Shown here in pieces: positions 8,871 to 18,523 of a stretch of DNA of 64,000 nt (position 1 is its first letter; each line of letters starts with the position of its first letter). The DNA comes from a virus (lineage: Duplodnaviria; Caudoviricetes). The stretch spans positions 2,102 to 66,101 of IMG/VR virus record IMGVR_UViG_3300042448_001920. One strand, given 5' to 3'. A program made the position numbers and the translations under genes. The notes under the pieces are model-generated. The model was not told where the DNA came from. It did not search any database and saw only the letters and a program-made list of their open reading frames with translations.

Positions 8871-11459
8871 TTATGAATTATAGACCATTTGGTTTATTAT
8901 TTGTTTAGACACAATATTCGTTGCGTCTTTAACACCATTATTATCTAAATCATGTTTTGTTAAATCTATTGTACCAGTTAAATTCAATTTAACAACTGGT
9001 TTTTTTGCTGTAGCTATTTGATTAGCTTTTTGATCAAAAAATAAAATAGCGTCATCTTTTCTACCTTGCATTATCTGGCCATTTGCAAAAACAAAAGGTG
9101 TTTTTGGATCAAATAATTTTAAACCAAAATTATTATCTGTTTTAAACGGTACACTTGCATTTGAAGAACTTTGCCCATAATTCATAAAACTAGGTATTGG
9201 TACGGTATTAAGTCCTTTAAAAGTTTTTTCATTTTCAACAACTTTTTTATTAGCCTCTTCAATTTTTGTTTGTAAACTGGTTAAATCACTTAAATTAATT
9301 TTTTCAGATTCATCATCAGCATATCTGTCATTGTATGTTTTTACATCTTTTATTAAACCTGGTAAGGCTTCTTTAGCTAAAAAACTATTTTCACCAGCAG
9401 ATAAAACGGATTTAGCTTTTAAATTTAAACCATAACCTTTAACCGTATCACTTTTAATTAAACTACCTATACCTTCAATTGCCATACCACCAACATATGT
9501 TATATATGGTAAAACATCTTCTTTAAAAAAAGAAAAAATTAAAGAACCAGACTCACTAATTTTTTGACCTATGGTTAAATTCGGATCTTTCCATATATCA
9601 AATAATTTACTAAAAATATTTTTTACAAAAGTAAAACCCGCTAACACATCTTTACGAAAAGAACCATTGTTAGAAAATCCTTGGTGTATGAAATCAATCA
9701 TGTTAATTGTTATATCCTTTGCTAAGGAATCAAGATCACCAATTGTGTTATGGTTATTAAAAAGGTTATTTAATTCAACAAAAAATTGCGAAAACCCAAT
9801 TGAAAACCTATCAAGTACGATAGATAATCTTTCTGCCAATGTTTTTCTAAGTAACGCAGACTGTTCGTTTTTTCTTTCTTGATTTAAGATACCATATATT
9901 TCTGAGGTACTTGGTGTTTCAGATAAATTTTGTATAACCCCATTTGATAACCTTATACTATAAGATCCATCTTCATTCATTGTCATTAGATTTGTCAATA
10001 AATCTTTTTGGTCATCATTTAAACCAAATGTTGCTATACCTTTTTTTCTTAAAGCTTCTATTTTATCCTCATATTTAGCGTCCTCAATTGCTGCGTTAAA
10101 TAATTCGTCAGCATCTTGATTCATTGCCGTTGCAAACTCCCTGATTAATTCACGATCAGCTGGTGATATTTGAAACCCGTTTCTACCCTTAAAAGCTTTA
10201 CCTTTAACAACTTCCATTAAATCAGCTGTTAACTGTAAAGGATCTTCAATACTTTTAGCCATCAACATCATTGGGTCGCTGAAATAAAAAGCAAATTTAC
10301 CACCAAGTAATCTGGCTGTTGCAGCCGCCTCAATTGCTGTTTCTGGGTCAGTGAAAGCATCCTTAAAAGCCCCGACACTTTTTTTAACATCAATTCTAGC
10401 TTTTTGAGTTTTGATAATTAGTTTGGTCATACCTTCTAAACCCTTCTCAATACCAAACCCAGTTAATTCAACAACCAATTCACTAGCTTTCTTAAGAATC
10501 GTTGTTTGGTTCTGAGAAACCGCCATTGATTTTTTTCTAACAAAATCGGTGAATTTTAATGTTCTGTCTAAAGAATATCCAAGGTTTTCAAAATTACCTA
10601 TAAGTTCACCAGCGGCATCAACACCAAGCCCTGTACCTAAACCAAGCTCAATTATTGATTTAAATTCAGTACCACTAAAAACTCTATTTCTATTTGTTAA
10701 TCTATTATAGGCATCGTAAGCCTCACCAACTTGCTCAATGGTACCACCAACATCTAAAACTTCATTCATTATTGTTGGCATCTGATCTAAAAAATTTTTA
10801 GATTCACTCGCAATTAAACCAGAGTCAGCCGCAACACGACCAACCAATCTTTGCATTTCTAAAAATTTTTCATAAACAGCACCAACCCCAAATTCAAAAT
10901 CAAGTAAATTTTTTGCAAAAGAAAAAGCAACTTTAACAATACTTAAAGCCACTCTAAATAAAGCTTTTAAAGCACTCCACGCTAATTTAGCGACAAGCAT
11001 TATTATGGCCAAATATGGGTTACCACCTTTGGCGCTTGATTGAACAGAATCAGCAACGTCATCCATTGCATCTTTAATATTTTTTTCAATTTCAAGTTGT
11101 ACCCTCTTTTTAAATAACTCTTGACCTAATTCGGTTTTATTATCTTTTATCGCCTCGTTTTCTTTTTCTTTAAAAAGGTTTATTTGATCTTCAAGAAATA
11201 TTAAATTCTCTTTTCTTTTTTGTCTTTCTTTGTATAGTTTGTGTTTTTCGGCTTGGATTCTTTTAAAATAAGCGTATAAACCTTCATTCTTAGAATCCCA
11301 TCTATACATTTCTTTTTTCTGGGCAATAGCATCGTTATACGCATCAATTACATCTTGTACGTACCCCTCAATCATTTGTTGTGAATCGGTTGAAGCTGCC
11401 GTGTTAACTTGCAACTTTTTAACCATTTCATCTATTGCTGATGCTATATCTCCTTGCAT
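8871..11459 (-). CDS. Tape-measure-like protein, paralog B (862 aa)
   Basis: Colinear similarity to 6055..8817 (FLEMQRLVGRVAADSG vs FLEMQKVVGALSADIG; EAAATARLLGGKFAFYFSDPMMLM). Confidence 0.7.
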   Translation of the reverse strand: MQGDIASAIDEMVKKLQVNTAASTDSQQMIEGYVQDVIDAYNDAIAQKKEMYRWDSKNEGLYAYFKRIQAEKHKLYKERQKRKENLIFLEDQINLFKEKENEAIKDNKTELGQELFKKRVQLEIEKNIKDAMDDVADSVQSSAKGGNPYLAIIMLVAKLAWSALKALFRVALSIVKVAFSFAKNLLDFEFGVGAVYEKFLEMQRLVGRVAADSGLIASESKNFLDQMPTIMNEVLDVGGTIEQVGEAYDAYNRLTNRNRVFSGTEFKSIIELGLGTGLGVDAAGELIGNFENLGYSLDRTLKFTDFVRKKSMAVSQNQTTILKKASELVVELTGFGIEKGLEGMTKLIIKTQKARIDVKKSVGAFKDAFTDPETAIEAAATARLLGGKFAFYFSDPMMLMAKSIEDPLQLTADLMEVVKGKAFKGRNGFQISPADRELIREFATAMNQDADELFNAAIEDAKYEDKIEALRKKGIATFGLNDDQKDLLTNLMTMNEDGSYSIRLSNGVIQNLSETPSTSEIYGILNQERKNEQSALLRKTLAERLSIVLDRFSIGFSQFFVELNNLFNNHNTIGDLDSLAKDITINMIDFIHQGFSNNGSFRKDVLAGFTFVKNIFSKLFDIWKDPNLTIGQKISESGSLIFSFFKEDVLPYITYVGGMAIEGIGSLIKSDTVKGYGLNLKAKSVLSAGENSFLAKEALPGLIKDVKTYNDRYADDESEKINLSDLTSLQTKIEEANKKVVENEKTFKGLNTVPIPSFMNYGQSSSNASVPFKTDNNFGLKLFDPKTPFVFANGQIMQGRKDDAILFFDQKANQIATAKKPVVKLNLTGTIDLTKHDLDNNGVKDATNIVSKQIINQMVYNS

Positions 11460-11461
11460 TA

Positions 11462-12220
11462 TTAATAAGTAACAATTATTTGGCCACCACTTTTTCTAAT
11501 ATTTCTTATTTTTTTTGGTAACGCTTTATTAACAAAATCTAAATTACTTCTATCATTAAAATAGGCTATAATTTTGTCTATTGTTGACGGTAATACATTA
11601 TTGATCTCTACTTTTCTTGTAACTTTTTGTTTATTTGTATGTATAACAATTGTGTTATTTAAAGTATGCACTCTAATATCATCTGGATTATTTGGGTCCA
11701 CATTTATTTTCACTTGTGTTTTTGTAAAATCATCCGATAAAAGTGCTCTTAAATTTTTATTATTTAAGTGTATTAAATTTTTATCATACTTAAGTTTAAC
11801 GTCCTGGTACTTCTTTTTATCAACAAAATATGCTATTGTGATAATAATTGCAGCTAAATCCTCACCATCACCCAAAACACTTTTATCATACATTAATGTG
11901 TAGGAACTGATATTCCTATAATGTTTCCCTGCGATTTTTAATAGGTTGTCTTCGGCTTTATCTAAATAAGCGTTACCTCTATTGGCACTAACTTGCGCTT
12001 GAACATTTGCTTCTATGTCAGGCTTACCGACATTTGGGTCGTTTTGTGCATCTTCTTCAGATTTTGCTATAAACTCTTGGAAACTTAAAGGTTTTACATT
12101 AGTCATATCCTCATCTGGTAGTTTTGTAAATTTAACTTTACTACTCCAAGGCCAACTTATCTCACTAAGATTCTCAAATATCTTTTCCAATTGAGCTTCT
12201 GTTATAACATATTTTTTCAT
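11462..12220 (-). CDS. Hypothetical protein, possibly virion-internal
   Basis: 252-aa ORF with N-terminal MKKYVITEAQLEKIFENL and its own late-type motif upstream. Confidence 0.6.
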   Translation of the reverse strand: MKKYVITEAQLEKIFENLSEISWPWSSKVKFTKLPDEDMTNVKPLSFQEFIAKSEEDAQNDPNVGKPDIEANVQAQVSANRGNAYLDKAEDNLLKIAGKHYRNISSYTLMYDKSVLGDGEDLAAIIITIAYFVDKKKYQDVKLKYDKNLIHLNNKNLRALLSDDFTKTQVKINVDPNNPDDIRVHTLNNTIVIHTNKQKVTRKVEINNVLPSTIDKIIAYFNDRSNLDFVNKALPKKIRNIRKSGGQIIVTY

Positions 12221-12233
12221 AAACGTATTTTAA

Positions 12234-12241
12234 TATAAATA
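12234..12241 (-). promoter_or_regulatory. Putative late promoter motif TATTTATA
   Basis: 13 nt upstream of the ATG at 12220. Confidence 0.6.
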
Positions 12242-12252
12242 TCGAATAAAAC

Positions 12253-12279
12253 AAAAAACCCACCTTGATAGTGGGTTTT
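12253..12279 (-). terminator. Rho-independent terminator
   Basis: AAAACCCAC-TATCAAG-GTGGGTTTTTT on the minus strand directly after the 12282 stop. Confidence 0.75.
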
Positions 12280-12281
12280 AT

Positions 12282-12530
12282 TTATCTTCTTCCAGCTTTC
12301 GCTTTATTCATCTCTCTTTCTCTTGCTTCTTTTATTTTTTCGTTTTCTTCCATCAAGATATCAATAAATTTCCTTCTCTCAAAAACTGGCATAACCATTA
12401 CGTCTGAATAAGTAAAATTAGCATGCTTAACCAATATGTACGATTCGTACATCATTTGGTTTCTATACTCATACGTAAGGCCAAAGAAATTTGGCTGTAA
12501 TAGGAAGTTCACCAAAAAAAAACTCTCCAC
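12282..12530 (-). CDS. Tail assembly chaperone C-terminal partner (possible frameshift extension; baseplate-hub-assembly-like)
   Basis: Overlaps the end of 12469..13227 in the +1/-2 frame. FTYSDVMVMPVFERRKF resembles the small myovirus chaperone/gp51-like motif. True start uncertain. Confidence 0.6.
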   Translation of the reverse strand: MESFFLVNFLLQPNFFGLTYEYRNQMMYESYILVKHANFTYSDVMVMPVFERRKFIDILMEENEKIKEAREREMNKAKAGRR

Positions 12531-13227
12531 TTGGAGCTTCTACATTGATGGTCAAATCAAGACCTGGTTCGTTATCTGATAAATGCTTCCTAAATTCAGC
12601 AGAATCCATTGGTGACATAGTATCAATGAACTGGGCAATTGCAGCCTTTTCTCTGATACCATCAACTTCAGTGATTTGACTTTGTAATCTAAGCGTCATC
12701 AATTGGCTAATTGCGTTTGAGCCCATTTTTTTGGTTCTGGCTTGGTCTTCTTTAACCAATTTATCATCTTCATCAGATGTCAAATATCTAAACTTAACTG
12801 TTTTCTTACACTTTGGTAGTGTAAATGAACATTCACCATTTTCATCTGGTTGTAAAGCATTTTCTTTTGTTGGTAATTGACTAATATCAATGTCCTCAAC
12901 AAATTTTTCACCTGTTTTAGGGTCAGTTAATTCAACTGGATAAATTTCACCATATCCTGTTGCTCTTAAAAAGAAGATAATAGCATTTCTATCACCTGGT
13001 AATAATTGACCAGCTTTGATGTCTTTATCTAAAATCTTTTTTTCCAATAAAACATCTAAAACTTTACCGTTTTGTAATAAGTTTGGTGATGTTAAAATGT
13101 TCTCATCAGCCGCTGTCATATAAGCAACCTTGATAGTATCTTTTTTGTTTTTGTAAAATTTACCACCTGAAGGTAAGCTAATCACGTCATGCGCTGGCTC
13201 AAAGTAAACTTGTTGTCCGTTATCCAT
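12469..13227 (-). CDS. Baseplate hub / tail assembly chaperone (T4 gp26-like)
   Basis: ISLPSGGKFY, MTAADENILTS, GDRNAIIFFLRATGYG, LPKCKKTVKFRYLT. Lies between the tube and tape-measure genes. Confidence 0.7.
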   Translation of the reverse strand: MDNGQQVYFEPAHDVISLPSGGKFYKNKKDTIKVAYMTAADENILTSPNLLQNGKVLDVLLEKKILDKDIKAGQLLPGDRNAIIFFLRATGYGEIYPVELTDPKTGEKFVEDIDISQLPTKENALQPDENGECSFTLPKCKKTVKFRYLTSDEDDKLVKEDQARTKKMGSNAISQLMTLRLQSQITEVDGIREKAAIAQFIDTMSPMDSAEFRKHLSDNEPGLDLTINVEAPSGEFFFGELPITAKFLWPYV

Positions 13228-13341
13228 ATTTTATTTATTTAAATTAATTATAGTACATTATTAAATAGTGTAAACAGTATTTTTTTTAAAATTTACAGTT
13301 TACTCGTTTTTTGACGGTACTTATTATAATAATACGCACAT

Positions 13342-13743
13342 ATGACCAAAAAGAAAAGAAAAATTGGGAAATTATTTAAAAAAATGGGTGGTACCTCAAA
13401 CCTTGAAGTATCTTTCGCTGAAATACTTACGAGTTTGAACATAAAGTTTGAACAACATTTTGTCTTTAAAAAACGAGAATTTGATTTTTTATTGACTGAA
13501 CATAACATTTTGGTTGAAACTCATGGTTGTTTTTTTCATTGTTGTAAGAAACACAATCCAGAGCCAAAATACGCCTTCCAAAGAAGAAACTTAAAGAATG
13601 ATCAGTACAAGGTTAAAATCGTCAAATTTGACCCCGCATACACCTTAATGGTCATTTGGGAGCATGAGTTGGAAACTAAAACCGTGTTAATGGAGAAAAT
13701 TAACACTTTTGTTGGTAAACACAGTAAATTGCTTAATGGATAA
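13342..13743 (+). CDS. Vsr/DUF559-like PD-(D/E)xK endonuclease
   Basis: SNLE...FDF...ILVETHGCFFHC...ND..K.......VIWEHE pattern of Vsr-like nucleases. Confidence 0.75.
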   Translation: MTKKKRKIGKLFKKMGGTSNLEVSFAEILTSLNIKFEQHFVFKKREFDFLLTEHNILVETHGCFFHCCKKHNPEPKYAFQRRNLKNDQYKVKIVKFDPAYTLMVIWEHELETKTVLMEKINTFVGKHSKLLNG

Positions 13744-13775
13744 AAAAAAAGGGGTCGCATAGCGTCCCCTCTTTG
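13742..13775. terminator. Probable bidirectional terminator between convergent genes
   Basis: A-tract, GGGGTCGC-ATA-GCGTCCCC, then TCTTT. Confidence 0.65.
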
Positions 13776-13794
13776 TAAAAAGTAATTGCAAATC

Positions 13795-14283
13795 TTAGTA
13801 AACCAATATACAACGGTCCATTCTCAATGTTGCGGTGATATCTGCGATTTCGTCATCGCTGTATTCTAACGATCCAAAGTCAACGTTGGTCATAAATGTA
13901 CCTTGAAGGATCCATTTTTCTACAACAACACCTGTTGGATCAAGCATTTCTAATTCAATATCTTTTTTATAACCAGCAGCATAACCCATTCTTCCTGTTA
14001 CTGATTCAGCATGCAAACGAACCCATTCCATTAATGCTTGTGCAGCTGAAGGACCAATTGGGTCTTTAAACGTAACATCAATTGCATCCCAAGTAAATCT
14101 ACCAGCTACCCATGTAGAAGTATTTAAGAATGGAATCTCAACTTCGTTTATTGCAATTTTTGGTCTTGACGTAGAGATTACAAACCACTCGTTAATACCA
14201 AGTGAGCTTGGGAATCTTAAAATAAACCTGTTCTTTCTTTTTGGTTCGTAAGGAACAGGCATTTTCATTAATAAGTTAGCCAT
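13795..14283 (-). CDS. Tail tube protein (T4 gp19-like)
   Basis: YEPKRKNRFIL, WVAGRFTWDAIDVTFKDP, MLDPTGVVVEKWILQG. Directly downstream of the sheath gene. Confidence 0.9.
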   Translation of the reverse strand: MANLLMKMPVPYEPKRKNRFILRFPSSLGINEWFVISTSRPKIAINEVEIPFLNTSTWVAGRFTWDAIDVTFKDPIGPSAAQALMEWVRLHAESVTGRMGYAAGYKKDIELEMLDPTGVVVEKWILQGTFMTNVDFGSLEYSDDEIADITATLRMDRCILVY

Positions 14284-14320
14284 ATTTTTTCTTTATTTAA
14301 TTTTGTTTTATTGTTTATTA

Positions 14321-14327
14321 ATAAATA
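14321..14327 (-). promoter_or_regulatory. Putative late promoter motif TATTTAT
   Basis: Upstream of the tube ATG at 14283. Confidence 0.55.
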
Positions 14328-14375
14328 TCTTTGTTTTTGCTTTTGTACACCTTTTTAAAAAAATATTTCAAAATA

Positions 14376-14407
14376 CTTGACTTTTGCCGTTTTTTATCTT
14401 ATTTTTG
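14376..14407 (+). promoter_or_regulatory. Bacteroidota-type promoter with no downstream ORF
   Basis: TTG(ACT)-N20-TATTTTTG matches the -33/-7 consensus (TTTG...TAnnTTTG). Confidence 0.5.
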
Positions 14408-14554
14408 TTAAGGGTCTTAACCAAGGTACTCTATTCTTATAGTACTATAATATAATAGTAATTATATTCTATTCTATATATGTACTATATACTTATTTTT
14501 CTTTGTTACTTTCTTTTTAACCGCTGACGGAAAACCACCTACGGTAAAAAATAT

Positions 14555-14577
14555 GGGGGTACTATTAAGGCACCCCC
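14555..14577 (-). terminator. Terminator hairpin after sheath gene
   Basis: GGGGGTGC-CTTAATA-GTACCCCC followed by ATATTTTT on the minus strand. Confidence 0.65.
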
Positions 14578-14584
14578 AGTTTTA

Positions 14585-17500
14585 TTATATGTTATCAAAT
14601 GATACGTTTTGTGGAGTTACTGTAAATTCAAGTTCAATGAATTCTAAAGTAGGTGTTGGTTTGATAAAGATTTTACCTTTTAAAGTATTTCTATCGTTAT
14701 CTTCAATGTCCATCGCAACGCTAACTCTAAAGTCTGTTAAACCTCTTTCTTTTCTAATGTTATCCAAGATTGGGTTAACCAAAGACAAGAATTGGTTTCT
14801 AACTGTAGTATCGTTTGGATCGAATAACAATCTCTTAGACACACTCATGATCAATCTTCTTGCTTGTAACAACAATCTTCTGATGTTAAGTCTATCAAGA
14901 GCGCTTGATTTAACTTGCAAGTTTCTGTTACCCCAGATAACAACCCCAACGTCTGAATAAGTCGCTAATGGGTTAATTCTACCTGGATATAAGATGTCTC
15001 TTGCTTCTTGATCAAGAACGATACGAGCTCTATTACATTTAACTAAACCTCTATTGTAACCAGCAGTTGCAAACCAAGGGAACGCTACGTTATCAGTATA
15101 AGCCATGTTTCTTACTACCTCAGCAGTAGGTGGTATAAATAAGTTTGCGTTATTGTCTGTGTCTGTGATTTGAATCCAAGGGTAGTAAACCGCAGTGTAG
15201 TTAGAGTCAATATCAGTGTTTTCTAATTCATCAACGATATCTTCAGCAAAGTACCAATTTTCAGTATCCGAAGGGTTGTTATTGTTTAACAACTTGATAT
15301 CAGGTAATGTTGGTAAGTAAATTGCATCCAATCTCTTTTCTTCAACAACCTCAATTGCATCTCTAACCAAGTCAGTGTTGTTTAACACGTCAATACCAGG
15401 TGTTGCTAAGATGTTGATAGCGGTTTCTTCTGGGTTTTGGAATGTTCTGATACCGTACATTGTAGCGTAGTAGTCAGAAGTACCAAACAACTCAGCGTAC
15501 TCAACGTTTGTGAATGTATCGAATGTACCAGCTACGAAACCAGTTCTACCGATTTTGTATTCATCTGTATTTGTTCTGTTAACTCTATAAGCATCCCAAC
15601 CGTCAAAACCACCAGCAAATAAAGCTGTGAATTTTCTTGTTCTCATGTTATTATAAGGGTGAGTTGTTGTACCATCAACCACAATTGGGTCAACGAATGA
15701 AGCAACACCAACCGCAAAAACTTGTTCTCCAGTCACAGAGTCAACAATGCTACTTGCATTGATGTCCATGTGGAAACCTTTTGTTTTTGTTGAATAGTCA
15801 TCACCAGTGTTATAAGCGTTATCACCTAAGATACTAATTTTACCTTTAAACAATAATAGGTCTTTGTCAAATCCAAATTGGTTTGAGAAACCTAAATAGT
15901 TTTTAGTTACTCTATCACCACTAGAAACTGTTGCGTTAGCAAATGGTGGGTTGTAAATTGTATCGCCAGGAGCGTAGTATTTTAATTTATAAGGTATTTC
16001 AGGAACAGCTGTTGCTGTGTAACCAGAAACACCATTTGTTCTAAATTCGTAACCCTCAAAACCAGCTGGTACACCATCAGTTGGTGCGTTTACAGCCATT
16101 TCAAGAACAACATAAGAACTCTTAAGTGGGTATTTGTTATCGATAGTACCGATTTTTCTACCAACGAAATTATCTAATGATTCATCCATTGTACAATCAA
16201 CAAATCTTTCAAGTATTGATACCGCTCTATCTGTATCACTAAATGATCTAATGTAGATATCAAAAGTTTTCTTAGATAAGTCAACATTAGCGATTGAAGC
16301 TTTAATCTCAGTGTTTGCACTTGTACCGTCAGAAATTGAAATTAATCTGAACAATCTTTGTGGTAAACCACCTCTTAATTCAGATACGAAGAAAGGTGTA
16401 ACTGGTGATTGGTACTGGAATCTGTAGTGATCCCAATTATTAACTGATGTTAATTCACTATATAAACCTTTAATTTTACCACTTAACCATCCTAATTTTA
16501 ATGAATTATCGTAAACCTCTTCAACAAAGATTTGAGAATCTTTATCACTTGGGGTTGTACCGATTACTTTTTTAATGTAGTTAGATTTTGTGCTATCTAA
16601 AGAAACCGTGTATGTAAATGTGCTACCAGTTGGGTTAGCTGTTGTACCAGTTAAGTCAAATGCTAAATAAGGGTCGCTAACAACACCAGCTGGAGCAACC
16701 ATGTCCAATGAATTAACTCTGTAACCTAATACATCTGAAGTGTAAGTACCTCTACTTCTTACAGTAGCAACGTTTTTATTGTGACCATCTTGGAAAGGAT
16801 CAGCTGTTAAATTAACAGTAAATAACTCTAATTTACCATTAAGTGTATGCGCACCAGCCGATGTAAATGTGTGGCAATATAAAGCAAATGAAGGTCCATT
16901 ATATGTTTCAGTTGCAGTGTTGTATATTAATTCGTTATTTAACACATAAGCATCTCTATCAGAATTTGGAACTGTGAAAGGTAATTCGTATGCGTCAAAA
17001 TAGATTGGTGTTAAAGCGTTTGTAGCTGCATCAGTCACTAAATCAGTGTCCATATCGTCTGTCAAAAGACCCCAATATAAAGCGTTACCAGCGTAGAAAT
17101 CAGCGTTGTTAAAACCACCAATTGTTGTAAAGAATTGATTAAATACTGTATCAAAATCAGTTGCGGCAACACCAGTTAAGTTTGCGATATAATCAATCAA
17201 ATCCGTATTACCAGAACCACCAGTAACATAGAAATCATTGTTATTAGTATCAACTTTGAAATTAATTGTTGTTTGAGTAACACCAGTGTGGGATAAAGTT
17301 GACTCATCGCATGCACCCAATGTCTTAATAACCCAAGCCATACCCGCCTCATAGCCAGATAAACCTAAAAGTCTTGTAACATACAATTGGTTTGATTGCG
17401 TTAAATACTGCTTTGCTATGTACGGTAATTCGTACTTAACGATTTGTGTATTTTTAAATTTTTCTGGATTAGTACCACCAAAAGTAGTCTTAAATTCATC

Positions 17501-17650
17501 GAAATTTCTGATGAATATTGGTTGGAACGCTGGACCCTTTAAGGTTTCACCCACTACACCTAATGTTGTAACACCAACTGTTTCAGTTGTGAATGTTAAA
17601 TCTTTTTCGGTTGTGTAGACACCTGGAGATGCATAAACTTTGTTTGCCAT
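14585..17650 (-). CDS. Tail sheath protein (T4 gp18-like, 1021 aa)
   Basis: SPGVYTTEKDL, GETLKGPAF, YYPW, PWFATAGYNRG, RINPLATY, WGNRNLQ, LDRLNIRRLL, FIELEF. Confidence 0.95.
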   Translation of the reverse strand: MANKVYASPGVYTTEKDLTFTTETVGVTTLGVVGETLKGPAFQPIFIRNFDEFKTTFGGTNPEKFKNTQIVKYELPYIAKQYLTQSNQLYVTRLLGLSGYEAGMAWVIKTLGACDESTLSHTGVTQTTINFKVDTNNNDFYVTGGSGNTDLIDYIANLTGVAATDFDTVFNQFFTTIGGFNNADFYAGNALYWGLLTDDMDTDLVTDAATNALTPIYFDAYELPFTVPNSDRDAYVLNNELIYNTATETYNGPSFALYCHTFTSAGAHTLNGKLELFTVNLTADPFQDGHNKNVATVRSRGTYTSDVLGYRVNSLDMVAPAGVVSDPYLAFDLTGTTANPTGSTFTYTVSLDSTKSNYIKKVIGTTPSDKDSQIFVEEVYDNSLKLGWLSGKIKGLYSELTSVNNWDHYRFQYQSPVTPFFVSELRGGLPQRLFRLISISDGTSANTEIKASIANVDLSKKTFDIYIRSFSDTDRAVSILERFVDCTMDESLDNFVGRKIGTIDNKYPLKSSYVVLEMAVNAPTDGVPAGFEGYEFRTNGVSGYTATAVPEIPYKLKYYAPGDTIYNPPFANATVSSGDRVTKNYLGFSNQFGFDKDLLLFKGKISILGDNAYNTGDDYSTKTKGFHMDINASSIVDSVTGEQVFAVGVASFVDPIVVDGTTTHPYNNMRTRKFTALFAGGFDGWDAYRVNRTNTDEYKIGRTGFVAGTFDTFTNVEYAELFGTSDYYATMYGIRTFQNPEETAINILATPGIDVLNNTDLVRDAIEVVEEKRLDAIYLPTLPDIKLLNNNNPSDTENWYFAEDIVDELENTDIDSNYTAVYYPWIQITDTDNNANLFIPPTAEVVRNMAYTDNVAFPWFATAGYNRGLVKCNRARIVLDQEARDILYPGRINPLATYSDVGVVIWGNRNLQVKSSALDRLNIRRLLLQARRLIMSVSKRLLFDPNDTTVRNQFLSLVNPILDNIRKERGLTDFRVSVAMDIEDNDRNTLKGKIFIKPTPTLEFIELEFTVTPQNVSFDNI

Positions 17651-17687
17651 ATTTAGTTAATTTTATTTATTTAATTTTATCTTATTC

Positions 17688-17694
17688 ATAAATA
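17688..17694 (-). promoter_or_regulatory. Putative late promoter motif TATTTAT
   Basis: Upstream of the sheath ATG at 17650. Confidence 0.55.
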
Positions 17695-17753
17695 TCAGAT
17701 TTTTTACCAAAAAACCATAATATCCGTTCATTTTTAAAATTCTTTCTTTATTT

Positions 17754-18521
17754 TTAAATATTTTCAGTTATTGTAAAAGTTCTGCTAATCGCTGGTGTCA
17801 CAATATAATCTTCTGGATCCGATATAAACCCTTGCAAATTAAAATTGTACAATTGCACGTAAAACCTTTTATTATTAAGATCAGTCACTTGACTTTCATC
17901 TGAAGAATCTTCTAAAACAATTGGAATATAATGTCCATTAACCACAGTATAAGCTTGTCTGCTTTGAAAATTCTTTAAAACCGTGGCGTTAAACTTATTA
18001 AGCTCTTGTTGTCTATAAGAAAAAATTCTAACATCGTAAGTTATATCAACAGGTATTGGTTGAGGTATTTTATAAACATCAACACCCATTTTATTACCAT
18101 CCCAAGTTGGGACTTCCGCATATGTGTAATGTTTACCAGTTGGTATGTTATAAATCAAAGAAGGGTTTGTACCGTATTTTGTGTCTGGATTCCTAACAAT
18201 GTTTATAAAAGGTATTTTAAGATTTTTATATTCATCTGAAAATTTCCAGGTTTGAGAAAACTCGTTCCATTTTTGTATACCCATCATAAAAACAGGTACT
18301 TTTTCACCGTCAAGACTTATTGATAGGTTATTGGTTACAAAGTCTTTAAAACCCCTATCTAAGTCAATATGCATAACACCTTTAGGAAGATACGTATCAT
18401 TATTAATGATCATATCTTTCATATTTTCAGCCGCACCGCTTTGCATAGAGTATGGATACTCAATGTTAGCACGTTGTTGCGTGATATTTATTTTCTTTTT
18501 AAATGAACCTGGTAAAGCCAT
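17754..18521 (-). CDS. Tail completion/terminator protein (gp15-like)
   Basis: Located between head-completion and sheath genes. IPQPIPVDITYDVRIFS motif. Confidence 0.55.
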   Translation of the reverse strand: MALPGSFKKKINITQQRANIEYPYSMQSGAAENMKDMIINNDTYLPKGVMHIDLDRGFKDFVTNNLSISLDGEKVPVFMMGIQKWNEFSQTWKFSDEYKNLKIPFINIVRNPDTKYGTNPSLIYNIPTGKHYTYAEVPTWDGNKMGVDVYKIPQPIPVDITYDVRIFSYRQQELNKFNATVLKNFQSRQAYTVVNGHYIPIVLEDSSDESQVTDLNNKRFYVQLYNFNLQGFISDPEDYIVTPAISRTFTITENI

Positions 18522-18523
18522 AA

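Noticed and set aside
14553-14960. 135-aa plus-strand ORF downstream of the orphan promoter
   Set aside because: Almost entirely antisense to the conserved sheath C-terminus and starts next to the terminator hairpin.
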